Origin: Candidatus Saccharimonadales bacterium
Lineage (GTDB): Bacteria; Patescibacteriota; Saccharimonadia; Saccharimonadales; UBA7683
Direction: 5' to 3'
DNA length: 64,000 nucleotides
Assembly: GCA_046350615.1 (NCBI GenBank)
Contig: JAXMAA010000001.1
Location: 136,480 to 200,479, forward strand
Position numbers and translations under genes: made by a program. This document shows, one piece after another, positions 51,314-59,476 of this stretch. Position 1 is the stretch's first letter. Each line of letters opens with the position of its first letter. Below the pieces are notes generated by a model, which saw nothing but the letters and a program-made list of their open reading frames with translations, did no database searches and had not been told where the DNA came from.

Positions 51314-51803
51314 GCTAGATCACTAGGTGGTCGCCCCGATTCATAGGGGAGGAAAGTCCGGGCAGCACAGGACAAGGCAGTTGCTAACGGCAACCGGGGG
51401 CAACCCTAGGGAAAGTGCCACAGAAACGAAACCGCCTGCTGTGTGGAACACAGCATTTAACAATTTACATGTAGCACGTAACAGAGATTTAACAGATGCC
51501 ATGTAACATTTATGATGGACCCATTTGATACATGAAAAACGATACATCTTTGATTAGTGATACATGCTCCATGATAAATGTCGTGCTCCGCACGGCGGGT
51601 AAGGGTGAAACGAGTGAGGTAAGAGCTCACAGTCGGCCGTGGTGACACGGAAGAGAGGTAAACCCTGCCTGCTGCAAGGAGATTTGGTTGCACTTAAGGC
51701 TGTCCGCCGTAATCAGATCACAAGAACCGCTCGATTTGTCCAGCAATGGGCCAACTAGATAGATGATCACCCTCGACAGAACCCGGCTTATCGGTGGTCT
51801 AGC
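51314..51803 (+). ncRNA. rnpB: RNase P RNA (bacterial type A) with an insertion of about 130 nt in P12
   Basis: GAGGAAAGTCCGGGC, GGGAAAGTGCCACAGAAA, GGTAAGGGTGAAA, GGTAAGAGC and ACAGAACCCGGCTTA. P1 pairs gctagatcac (51314) with gtggtctagc (51794). Confidence 0.9.
51456..51586 (+). repeat. CATG/ATG-dense module, copy C, inside RNase P RNA P12
   Basis: Three gatacat direct repeats. gatacatctttgat (51541-51554) is identical to the 23S copy, and catgataaat (51570-51579) is identical to copy A. Confidence 0.6.
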
Positions 51804-51812
51804 ACCCGGTTT

Positions 51813-51949
51813 AGATCTCAGATCTTAGTTCTTAGAGGGTTAGAATCTTAAGACAAGGCGTTGTACTCAAGCTACAAAATGACTAATACGGTTGGACCTT
51901 AAGAAAGTTATCACGAATTCTAAGATCTAAGAACTACGCTCTAAGATCT
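51813..51949. repeat. Inverted AGATCT-motif pair between rnpB and the Nudix-RNase H gene
   Basis: agatctcagatcttagttcttagag (51813-51837) is the inverted partner of tctaagatctaagaactacgctctaagatct (51919-51949). Confidence 0.55.
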
Positions 51950-52795
51950 CTCCCCATGGGCATTAAGAATTTCGTTAACCTTATCATCAGCCGCTTGGTT
52001 ATTTTCTCGAGGTACATGATTAAATCTTACGTGGCCGAATTGTTTCATTAGTTCTCGTATTTGCTGATTAAGCGGCCAGAGTTCTCTATTTTTTATCTTG
52101 TAGAGGCCATTCATTTGATTAACCACCAGCAAGCTGTCAACGTTGAATAAAAGCGTATCACCAAGCCCTGCATACTTCGTGGCAGCCTTTAGACCCAAAA
52201 GCACACCCGTGTACTCAGCCTGATTATTCGAGGTGATACCAATATACGAACCACCAGATTCCAGTATTTCATTAAACCTATTATAAATTACATATGCGGA
52301 AGCAGATGGGCCTGGATTGCCACGTGATCCACCATCAGAGAAAAGCGTAAGCGTTGTATTTTTCTCTTCATTTGAATATTTCTGATGTGTGCCCAGATAC
52401 TGTTGTAAAACTTCCCTTGCATCTGTTGTTATTTTCTCTTCAGGAATAGCTTGGTAATCTATCCACTCATACTCATTATGAGCATTACTCAGGACAATTG
52501 GCTGCCTTTGATTGTACGAAACTTCGAACACTGCTCTCAGATAAGGACCTTGCTTATTCGATTTAGCAAAGCTGGTGAAATACATTGGTAGTTCACTGCC
52601 AAGATTAAGTTCCTCTGAAAGCTTTCGCCTCAAAGCGTGCTCAAGGTTTTCTCCATGCTCCACCCTACCCCCAGGAAGCTCCAGGTAACCCGGTAAAAAG
52701 TGATCGTTCTGCGATCTTCGCACAACTAGCACCCGCTGATTAGCATTATGAATCAATGCATTCACAAAAACTGTTTGTTTTACATTCTCTTTCAC
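51941..52795 (-). CDS. Nudix hydrolase - RNase HI fusion protein
   Basis: 284 aa. Nudix box GGRVEHGENLEHALRRKLSEELNL in the N-terminal half. The C-terminal half has FSDGGSRGNPGPSA...NNQAEYTGVLLGL...DSLLVVNQM...NNQAADDKVN (RNase H DEDD pattern). Confidence 0.8.
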   Translation of the reverse strand: MKENVKQTVFVNALIHNANQRVLVVRRSQNDHFLPGYLELPGGRVEHGENLEHALRRKLSEELNLGSELPMYFTSFAKSNKQGPYLRAVFEVSYNQRQPIVLSNAHNEYEWIDYQAIPEEKITTDAREVLQQYLGTHQKYSNEEKNTTLTLFSDGGSRGNPGPSASAYVIYNRFNEILESGGSYIGITSNNQAEYTGVLLGLKAATKYAGLGDTLLFNVDSLLVVNQMNGLYKIKNRELWPLNQQIRELMKQFGHVRFNHVPRENNQAADDKVNEILNAHGERS

Positions 52796-52878
52796 CTTTC
52801 AATAATACTACATTGCCACGAGAATATTTTATAACCACCACTCGGCACCAGCGTCCACATATTACATATTTTTACAGA

Positions 52879-53835
52879 TCAAAATGTGAGACCTTTTGTT
52901 TCCAGTTTAGTCCTATCAATGATCTCTTTTGTATACTGATAGCTCTCAGCTTGTTTTGAACGAGCAAAGAAGCCTAACGAGCCTAGTCCGATGAGGAGCT
53001 TATAACAGTTGATTCGCTGTTGAAAATCCTTGGGTAAAGTATTCTTTTCTCGATAGTATTGCTCAAACGCTGCCGCATAACCCTGTTTATCATTCCAGAA
53101 ATCAAGCCAAGCAACATCTTTAAGCGGATCCCCATATGCGGCATGTTCCCAATCTATAACTCCAGTAATGTTCGTGCCGTCACTTAACGTATTATTAAAG
53201 CCAAAGTCATCGTGAATGAGCACTCTTTCTTCAGGACATGCGTGGATGAGTGCCAGCACCTCTGCTCTTAACTTGTCGTGATATGCTTCGTCGTAGAATT
53301 CAGCCGTTCTAGTCTCTTCGTCATCTTCACTAGCGCTAGCAATTAATGTTTCGCGCCAGGATTTGAACTTTCCATTCCCTGTTAAATCCCAGTTGCCACA
53401 GCCTTCGCCAAGTGGTTTAACGGAGTGAATGGTTTCTAAAGTCTCAATTATTTTTGGCATAAGTGCATTAATTTCTTCACGGCTAAATTTATCGAGAGTC
53501 TTCCCTGGCACTCGTTCGGAAATTGCAAAGAACAGTCCATTTTCCATCTCTCCTACTTCGAATACTTCTGGTATCGGTAGCCCAGCGGAAGCTAGTTGTT
53601 GATGCGCCATCTGGTCTTTTAGGAAGCTCTCTTTTGAGTGGATACTAACACGCAATACTCGAGGCCCCTCTTCAGTTTCAAACAAAAATGCCTGAGAAGT
53701 TTCCCCATCAGCAATTGTTTCTAATTTTGGGTCAGTTGCATGGAGATGGTCTTCAATAAATGTTTCAGCTGCGGCTTGATCAAACCTTGTTTTATGTGTA
53801 GACATGACTCGTATTATATCAGTGGCGATCATCAA
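52879..53835 (-). CDS. Aminoglycoside/choline-kinase-type phosphotransferase (APH family)
   Basis: 318 aa. VLIHDDFGFNNTL (Brenner motif) and GVIDWEHAAYGDPLKD. Confidence 0.8.
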   Translation of the reverse strand: MMIATDIIRVMSTHKTRFDQAAAETFIEDHLHATDPKLETIADGETSQAFLFETEEGPRVLRVSIHSKESFLKDQMAHQQLASAGLPIPEVFEVGEMENGLFFAISERVPGKTLDKFSREEINALMPKIIETLETIHSVKPLGEGCGNWDLTGNGKFKSWRETLIASASEDDEETRTAEFYDEAYHDKLRAEVLALIHACPEERVLIHDDFGFNNTLSDGTNITGVIDWEHAAYGDPLKDVAWLDFWNDKQGYAAAFEQYYREKNTLPKDFQQRINCYKLLIGLGSLGFFARSKQAESYQYTKEIIDRTKLETKGLTF

Positions 53836-53883
53836 ACAAGCGAGAAAAATGATTTCAGTACTTTACAGATTAGATTCGAAGCT

Positions 53884-53959
53884 TGGTCGGGGTGACAGGA
53901 CTTGAACCTGCGACCTCACGGCCCCCAGCCGTACGCGCTACCAGCTGCGCTACACCCCG
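53884..53959 (-). tRNA. tRNA-Pro (GGG)
   Basis: Reverse complement: CGGGGTGTAGCGCAGCTGGTAGCGCGTACGGCTGGGGGCCGTGAGGTCGCAGGTTCAAGTCCTGTCACCCCGACCA. It gives a 76-nt cloverleaf. Confidence 0.9.
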
Positions 53960-54213
53960 ATACTTTACTGAAAATAAGGTGCTCCAGCCTTTTGGTTGAT
54001 TTAACCTGGAATAAACCAGGTGGGTGCCTTCACGCAATCTCCACAGAAACTGCAAATATTGGGCTCCCTTGTAGGGTATGTTCAGGAAATCAACCTACTA
54101 AGCTAGAGCACCTTCTATTATACCAATTACTCAATCGCTTTCACCTCTTGACTGTGAAACAAAAAAACAGTAGTATGTATGTTTGAAGCGTTAATCAATA
54201 TAAGGTAAGTTTT

Positions 54214-54405
54214 ATGGCACAAAAATGTGAATTAACTGGTAAAGGCAAGCAATTCGGCCACAATGTGAGCTTTTCACTGCGCCATACCAAAAAGGTTTGG
54301 AAGCCGAATCTTCAGAAGAAGACTTTTGTAATGGATGGCAAAAAAGTAACTATGAAGATTAGTACGCAGGCTATCCGTACACTTAAGAAAAAGGGTATTC
54401 TTTAA
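54214..54405 (+). CDS. rpmB: 50S ribosomal protein L28
   Basis: MAQKCELTGKGKQFGHNVSFSLRHTKKVWKPNLQKK; 63 aa. Confidence 0.93.
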   Translation: MAQKCELTGKGKQFGHNVSFSLRHTKKVWKPNLQKKTFVMDGKKVTMKISTQAIRTLKKKGIL

Positions 54406-54427
54406 TTTAGAACTTCCAGACTATCGA

Positions 54428-54457
54428 AAATAAGCAGCTTCAACTGCTTATTTTTTG
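54428..54457 (+). terminator. Rho-independent terminator after rpmB
   Basis: aataagcag-cttcaa-ctgcttatt followed by TTTTT. Confidence 0.75.
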
Positions 54458-54512
54458 GACCATAACCAATTAAAAACTACCGGCTATAGCTCATGGCTGA
54501 AATAATGACATT

Positions 54513-55139
54513 CTACGACTTCTTGAGAAGTTGAACCGTCAGTTGTTCCGACATCGTTTTGAACTTGAGTTTTTCGGACACCTCTTCTGCAACTGGCGCG
54601 CCAAGTTCTTTGGTAAATAGTCCTACGGCATCTTGAGCAACCTCATAGCTTAAGCCATCATCTGATGAATGGACAGGAATAACCAGCTTCGGTTCAACGG
54701 CCCGCACGACCGATACAGCAGCCGTCGCATCAAGTGTGTACCCGTTGCCGCCAACCGGAATAACCACAACATCAACTATTCCTATAGCCTCCAGCTGCTC
54801 TTCACTTAACTTGGGATCAATATGGCCCGTCACAAGAAACGTTATATCCTGTATATTAATCCAGTACATCGTAGCAGATTTATCGCCCGAAGGGGCTGTG
54901 TGTGCTTGGGCGGGTATACCTTTTATTGCGTACTCTTCGAACTCGTATTCACCCGGGCCGTCTATAACAAACGTTTCACCTGCATCAAGTGGCTTGAAAG
55001 CCACTTGAGTTACCATAACAGTAGTGGCCTTTTTGATGTCAACTTTACTATTGGTGATATCACTGACCGGGTCAATAACAAGCACTGACTTTTTTGTAGT
55101 GAATTTTAGACCATTCGCACCAAAATACTGTAATTCCAT
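54513..55139 (-). CDS. MBL-fold metal-dependent hydrolase (UPF0173-like)
   Basis: 208 aa. FLVTGHID..., VVIPVGGNGYTLD, LVIPVHS. Confidence 0.65.
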   Translation of the reverse strand: MELQYFGANGLKFTTKKSVLVIDPVSDITNSKVDIKKATTVMVTQVAFKPLDAGETFVIDGPGEYEFEEYAIKGIPAQAHTAPSGDKSATMYWINIQDITFLVTGHIDPKLSEEQLEAIGIVDVVVIPVGGNGYTLDATAAVSVVRAVEPKLVIPVHSSDDGLSYEVAQDAVGLFTKELGAPVAEEVSEKLKFKTMSEQLTVQLLKKS

Positions 55140-55148
55140 TCTTACTCC

Positions 55149-55805
55149 CTACTTATTTTCTTGAAATTTCTTCACAAACCCACTGGTGTCGACAAGTACC
55201 GCATGCTTACCACTAAGAAGTGTGCTGATAAAACGATCCTTAATTTCAAGTCGATATTTAAATTCACTCTCAGGGAGAACAGTATATCTAACAGGGCTAC
55301 CCTCTTCAAGCTCAATTGTTTTCATAAGTTTCTCAAGTTTTTGCTTGTTACTTGAACCCACCAATACAAGATCAATATCTGAACCCTGTTTGCCAACCAA
55401 GACACCGCTTGTTATCACCACATCAAATGCTCCAACAGCCTGCAGGCGTTTTAAGAGATCACCTTGCGACGCCGGTGAGATATCTTGTTGTGGAACTTCA
55501 ACCGAGAAGATCGACTGCAAAGCCTTAAAGTGTTTATAGCCCTGATTCACCTCGTAATAAAGCTTGTTATTAGCACTGTCAGATTTAATAATACCGATCC
55601 CCAGTAGGTTTGAAAGCTCTCTTCGAACTGAGTTAATTTGTTCGTCAATCTTACGGGTTAACTCTCGTACGTAAAAAGATCTTCCGGGGTTCGCCAGAAA
55701 AAGTTGCAGAAGCTTTACCCTCGTTTTTGAACCAAATAACTGCTCAATCATACTACGAGTATTGTACCAGAACCACAGTCGTACTACTAGATTGTTCGGA
55801 GCCAA
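55149..55805 (-). CDS. Winged-helix plus nucleotidyltransferase-like domain protein
   Basis: The probable start is MIEQLFGSKTRVKLL at 55751. wHTH YVRELTRKIDEQINSVRRELSNLLGIGII; C-terminal GVLVGKQGSDIDLVLVG (MNT-like GSxxxxxxSDxD). Confidence 0.65.
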   Translation of the reverse strand: MAPNNLVVRLWFWYNTRSMIEQLFGSKTRVKLLQLFLANPGRSFYVRELTRKIDEQINSVRRELSNLLGIGIIKSDSANNKLYYEVNQGYKHFKALQSIFSVEVPQQDISPASQGDLLKRLQAVGAFDVVITSGVLVGKQGSDIDLVLVGSSNKQKLEKLMKTIELEEGSPVRYTVLPESEFKYRLEIKDRFISTLLSGKHAVLVDTSGFVKKFQENK

Positions 55806-55807
55806 TA

Positions 55808-56527
55808 CTATCGAGGGCGTTTGACCGCTACTGCAGCCGCCTGATGTTCAATAAAATCATCTAACAGTTCGAGCTCGGCAGAATACCCTTTGGTCAGTAA
55901 CGCACGTCGGATAAGCTCATCCGCAAATGCTGGGTTCTTAGCGAGCGCAGGTCCGTGCATATAGGTACCAAATACATTCTTATACAGCGCACCTTCTGTC
56001 TCATCTTCACCATTATTACCCGCACCCTTTAAAACCTTCCCGAGCGGTTCAAGACCGTTGCCAAGATATGTTCTGCCCGAGTGGTTCTCGAAGCCAACGA
56101 GACTGCCAAACGCCGTATTGATAACAATGTTTCCGATCAAGCGGTCACTGCCAGCTATCGTTTCCATATCAAGCATTCCAATGCCCTCTATCTGTTCCCC
56201 ATTCGGTAGGATAAAACGATGGCCAAACATTTGGTACATGCCGCAGATTACCAAACTCACCAATCCATCATTGCAATAACTCTTTAAACCAGCGCTGTAT
56301 CTTAAGAGATCACCCTGTACCAGACCCTGATTGGAATCCTGGCCACCTCCACCCAAAAGAATATCGGGCGCCACCTTGCTTAGGTACTGAAGCGAATCGA
56401 GAGGTGCATAATTTACGACAAATCCACGCTTTTCAAGTCGATATCGCAAGGTGATCACATTTCCCATATCACCGTACACGTTCATCTGTTTTGGGTACAA
56501 ATGTGCCAAAGTAATTGTCTTTACCAT
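55808..56527 (-). CDS. gatD: Lipid II isoglutaminyl synthase, glutaminase subunit GatD
   Basis: 239 aa. LNVYGDMGN..., ICGMYQMFG, GFENHSGRTY, GTYMHGP. Overlaps murT. Confidence 0.85.
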   Translation of the reverse strand: MVKTITLAHLYPKQMNVYGDMGNVITLRYRLEKRGFVVNYAPLDSLQYLSKVAPDILLGGGGQDSNQGLVQGDLLRYSAGLKSYCNDGLVSLVICGMYQMFGHRFILPNGEQIEGIGMLDMETIAGSDRLIGNIVINTAFGSLVGFENHSGRTYLGNGLEPLGKVLKGAGNNGEDETEGALYKNVFGTYMHGPALAKNPAFADELIRRALLTKGYSAELELLDDFIEHQAAAVAVKRPR

Positions 56528-57807
56528 ATTCGTGGCACCTTTCCATATTTAGCCAATTGTTCACGCACCTCAAATAATGCTGTGTACGTAGGAATAATGA
56601 CAATGTCCGTGTAGTCACTCTTCATGATATTCTGAACGGCTCTTGCAACATTTGTTGTTGTATTAACATCAAAATGATCCTGCTTCAACCTTAAGGCTAT
56701 ATCATAGCCCCTAATACCACTCGTAAAAAGTGTTGTGCCATCGATGATAAACGGCTGAAAATCGACATCCCACAACCATGAGACGTCCCTGCCATCCGCA
56801 AAACGATCGTTTACAACAAACAAAACCACCTCAGGCTTCGCTTGTTTTACAAAGGTTTCAAGATTGCTCATAAATCCGCTAGGATTCTTTACCAAAGCTA
56901 CGGTTACATTTTTACCTTTAAAATGGAGTTTCTCACCCCGACCAAACGGTGTGGGCATTGAACTAAGTGCCTGCAAGCCGCGCAGTATATCATCGAGAAT
57001 AAGCTCGCTCAGCATTGCCACCACCGCAGTGGCATTCAACGCATTGTGAAATCCTTTAACTGGCACGTGTAATTCATGCTCTTGTTGAGCTACGCTTATC
57101 AACAACCGCTGCATGTCACTCGATTCATTGGCGAAAACAAGCACTACATCCGCATCTTTCTTATCCGTAACGACTTTTTCACCATGAAGGCTCTGTTCAT
57201 TTGCTATATGAGAGCTCAAGTTTTCACCAACGCCGAACGCAATCAACCGCTTTTTTCGTGACTTCAAACGCCTTACCATTGATTTCAGGAGCGGATCAAG
57301 CTGGTTATATATAATCACATCTGTTTTTTGAGCCGCCTGCTCTATTAATCCGGCAGTTTTATCAATTTCACCATACCGATCCAGCTGATCCCTTAGTACG
57401 TTCAACGCCACTAAACCCTTGGGTGCAATATTTTTAGTGAATACCGGAGCATAGGCTTCATCCATCTCAAATACAAACCAATCGGTCGGCTTTAAATTAC
57501 CGCTATATGTCATATCTTCAATCAACGCCGCGATCAAACCCCGAGTCATATTACTACCCGTAGTATTTGTTACTACACGAGCACCTGCGCCTCTTAACGC
57601 TGTCACGAGCATTTTAGTAGTAGTTGTTTTACCGTTTGTCCCTGTTACTAAAATTATTCTTTTTTCAACCCGTTTCAAGCTAGCGTTGAGAAAATCACTA
57701 TCAAGCCTCTCGATAATCAAACCGGGTAATGCAGAGCCATTCTTACCGACGAGCCGTAACAGCTTAATCAGTAGTTTACAGCTAAATACAAGGAGGCGTC
57801 GATACAT
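56521..57807 (-). CDS. murT: Lipid II isoglutaminyl synthase, Mur-ligase subunit MurT
   Basis: 428 aa. VTGTNGKTTTTKM P-loop, Mur ligase middle domain, and a C-terminal DUF1727-like end. Confidence 0.85.
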   Translation of the reverse strand: MYRRLLVFSCKLLIKLLRLVGKNGSALPGLIIERLDSDFLNASLKRVEKRIILVTGTNGKTTTTKMLVTALRGAGARVVTNTTGSNMTRGLIAALIEDMTYSGNLKPTDWFVFEMDEAYAPVFTKNIAPKGLVALNVLRDQLDRYGEIDKTAGLIEQAAQKTDVIIYNQLDPLLKSMVRRLKSRKKRLIAFGVGENLSSHIANEQSLHGEKVVTDKKDADVVLVFANESSDMQRLLISVAQQEHELHVPVKGFHNALNATAVVAMLSELILDDILRGLQALSSMPTPFGRGEKLHFKGKNVTVALVKNPSGFMSNLETFVKQAKPEVVLFVVNDRFADGRDVSWLWDVDFQPFIIDGTTLFTSGIRGYDIALRLKQDHFDVNTTTNVARAVQNIMKSDYTDIVIIPTYTALFEVREQLAKYGKVPRIW

Positions 57808-57834
57808 TACACTCTATTGTAGCGTTATTAGTGC

Positions 57835-58734
57835 TTAGTGAGTAGTGGTTGGCGATGAATTGGCAACAAAGCGTACTGCCTCTTGTGCAAGCTCTTCAGG
57901 ATTATCAAACCAGGAAATATCTTTATTACGTTTAAACCAGGTACGCTGTCGCTTGGCCAAGCCTAGATCAGCATGCATAAACGCTATTTTGGCTTCTTGG
58001 ACTGAGATCTCACCCTCCATGGCTTTTCTTGCTGCGTTATAACCGGGAGTTTTAAAGGCCTCAAGCTCTGATCCGTAATACTCGTAAAGCTTTGTGACTT
58101 CATCAAGAAAGCCACGCTGAAACATCTCTTCAATACGTTTTTCGATCCGAGTTTTGAGTACTTCTCGATCTAGTTTTAGCCCCAAAATAATTGCATTGCT
58201 TCGCATTTTTGTATTTTCAGGCACCTCACCATCACGCTCAATCGCTCGAATAACGTGCCGTCTGTTTTTTGTGTTCAACTTCGATGTATCAATATTTTTT
58301 GTATGCAACAGTGTTGTTAATTCTTCATCATTCATCTGTAATAATTGTGTTCGGTATGTCTCATCCGGCCTATCTTTAAATTGAAAATTATACAACAAGG
58401 CGTCTACATACAGCCCCGTACCACCAACAATTATTGGTATTTTCCCTCGCCCACCAATATCCTGAATACATTTTTCAGCTTGTCGCTTAAACTCCGCGGC
58501 ACTAAACTTTTCGTTTGGCTCAACAATATCAATCAAATGATGTGGCACTAATTTTTGCTCAGACAAAGTTGGCTTGGCAGTTCCAATATCCATCTTTTTA
58601 TAGACTGTTCGAGAGTCTGCACAAATAATTTCTCCATCCACCAATTGGGCAATTTTTATGCCTACTGCGGTTTTTCCACTCGCAGTTTCACCGACAATGA
58701 AGATTAAAGGAGTTTTGCTTGATGTGGATCCCAT
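57835..58734 (-). CDS. miaA: tRNA dimethylallyltransferase
   Basis: 299 aa. IVGETASGKTAVGI, ICADSRTVYKKMDIGTAKP, VGGTGLY. Confidence 0.92.
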   Translation of the reverse strand: MGSTSSKTPLIFIVGETASGKTAVGIKIAQLVDGEIICADSRTVYKKMDIGTAKPTLSEQKLVPHHLIDIVEPNEKFSAAEFKRQAEKCIQDIGGRGKIPIIVGGTGLYVDALLYNFQFKDRPDETYRTQLLQMNDEELTTLLHTKNIDTSKLNTKNRRHVIRAIERDGEVPENTKMRSNAIILGLKLDREVLKTRIEKRIEEMFQRGFLDEVTKLYEYYGSELEAFKTPGYNAARKAMEGEISVQEAKIAFMHADLGLAKRQRTWFKRNKDISWFDNPEELAQEAVRFVANSSPTTTH

Positions 58735-59042
58735 AATAATTCGCCTACTCGAACATAGTATTCATCATGCTCGCCCAGTACCTCAACCCCTTCTGCTTCC
58801 AGATGCTGTTTATGCGTGGCTCGACCACCAGGATATCCAGCAGCCAACCCACCCTTTTTATTGACAACTCTTTGCCAAGGTAGCTCTGGATCACCAAAAT
58901 GTGCAATTCCACCAACAATTCGGGCAGCCCTCGCATTTCCAGCTAGTGCCGCAAGCTGCCCGTAGGTCATAACTCTGCCTTTCGGAATTTGTGCCACAAA
59001 CGTGTATACCCGCTCTTTAAACTGAACCTCATTGCTAGTCAT
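58704..59042 (-). CDS. Alkyltransferase-like (ATL) protein: MGMT DNA-binding fold with Trp in place of the active-site Cys
   Basis: 112 aa. VMTYGQLAALAGNARAARIVGG...PWQRVV (the canonical motif is PCHRV). Confidence 0.75.
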   Translation of the reverse strand: MTSNEVQFKERVYTFVAQIPKGRVMTYGQLAALAGNARAARIVGGIAHFGDPELPWQRVVNKKGGLAAGYPGGRATHKQHLEAEGVEVLGEHDEYYVRVGELLWDPHQAKLL

Positions 59043-59073
59043 AGGTACTGATTATAAATCAGATGTTATACTT

Positions 59074-59101
59074 CGTCATCCCAGGGAAGGCTGGGATCCA
59101 G
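59074..59101 (+). repeat. Hairpin repeat CGTCATCCCAG-GGAAGG-CTGGGATCCAG (flank of the GIY-YIG gene)
   Basis: cgtcatcccagggaaggctgggatccag. The inverted partner lies at 59425-59454. Confidence 0.8.
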
Positions 59102-59110
59102 AAAATACTA

Positions 59111-59404
59111 TCAGTTAAAATCGAGGCTTAAGTCTCTCCAGCCAGCATTCTCTTTCTCGATAAGCTTAATCTTCCAATCTCGTTTCCAAGCTTTCATGTT
59201 CTTTTCACTTGTGATTGCTGATTCGATGTTGTCATGTGATTCAAAATAAACTAACCGGCTAACGTTATATTTTTTAGTAAAACCATCTGATTCTTTCGAC
59301 TGATGCTGGCTAGTTCTTCTTACAATGTCACGTGTTACTCCTATATACAAAGTGCCGTTTTTACTACTTGCAAGAATATAGACATAGTATTGACGAAGTT
59401 TCAT
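59111..59404 (-). CDS. GIY-YIG (URI) nuclease-domain protein
   Basis: MKLRQYYVYILASSKNGTLYIGVTRDIVRRTSQHQ...; about 97 aa. The track ORF extends to 59467, but that extension reads through the flanking repeat. Confidence 0.85.
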   Translation of the reverse strand: MKLRQYYVYILASSKNGTLYIGVTRDIVRRTSQHQSKESDGFTKKYNVSRLVYFESHDNIESAITSEKNMKAWKRDWKIKLIEKENAGWRDLSLDFN

Positions 59405-59424
59405 TAAACCAATTATAAGACATT

Positions 59425-59454
59425 CTGGATCCCAGCCTTCGCTGGGATAACGAG
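59425..59454 (-). repeat. Inverted copy of the hairpin repeat (other flank of the GIY-YIG gene)
   Basis: Its reverse complement ctcgttatcccagcgaaggctgggatccag matches 59073-59101 at 26 of 29 positions. Confidence 0.8.
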
Positions 59455-59476
59455 CCAGGAGAGTCAAGCTGAGGAG

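Noticed and set aside
50869-51393. 174-aa minus-strand ORF.
   Set aside because: It is antisense to rpmI and rplT and overlaps the 5' end of RNase P RNA. The ribosomal protein genes and rnpB explain the sequence.
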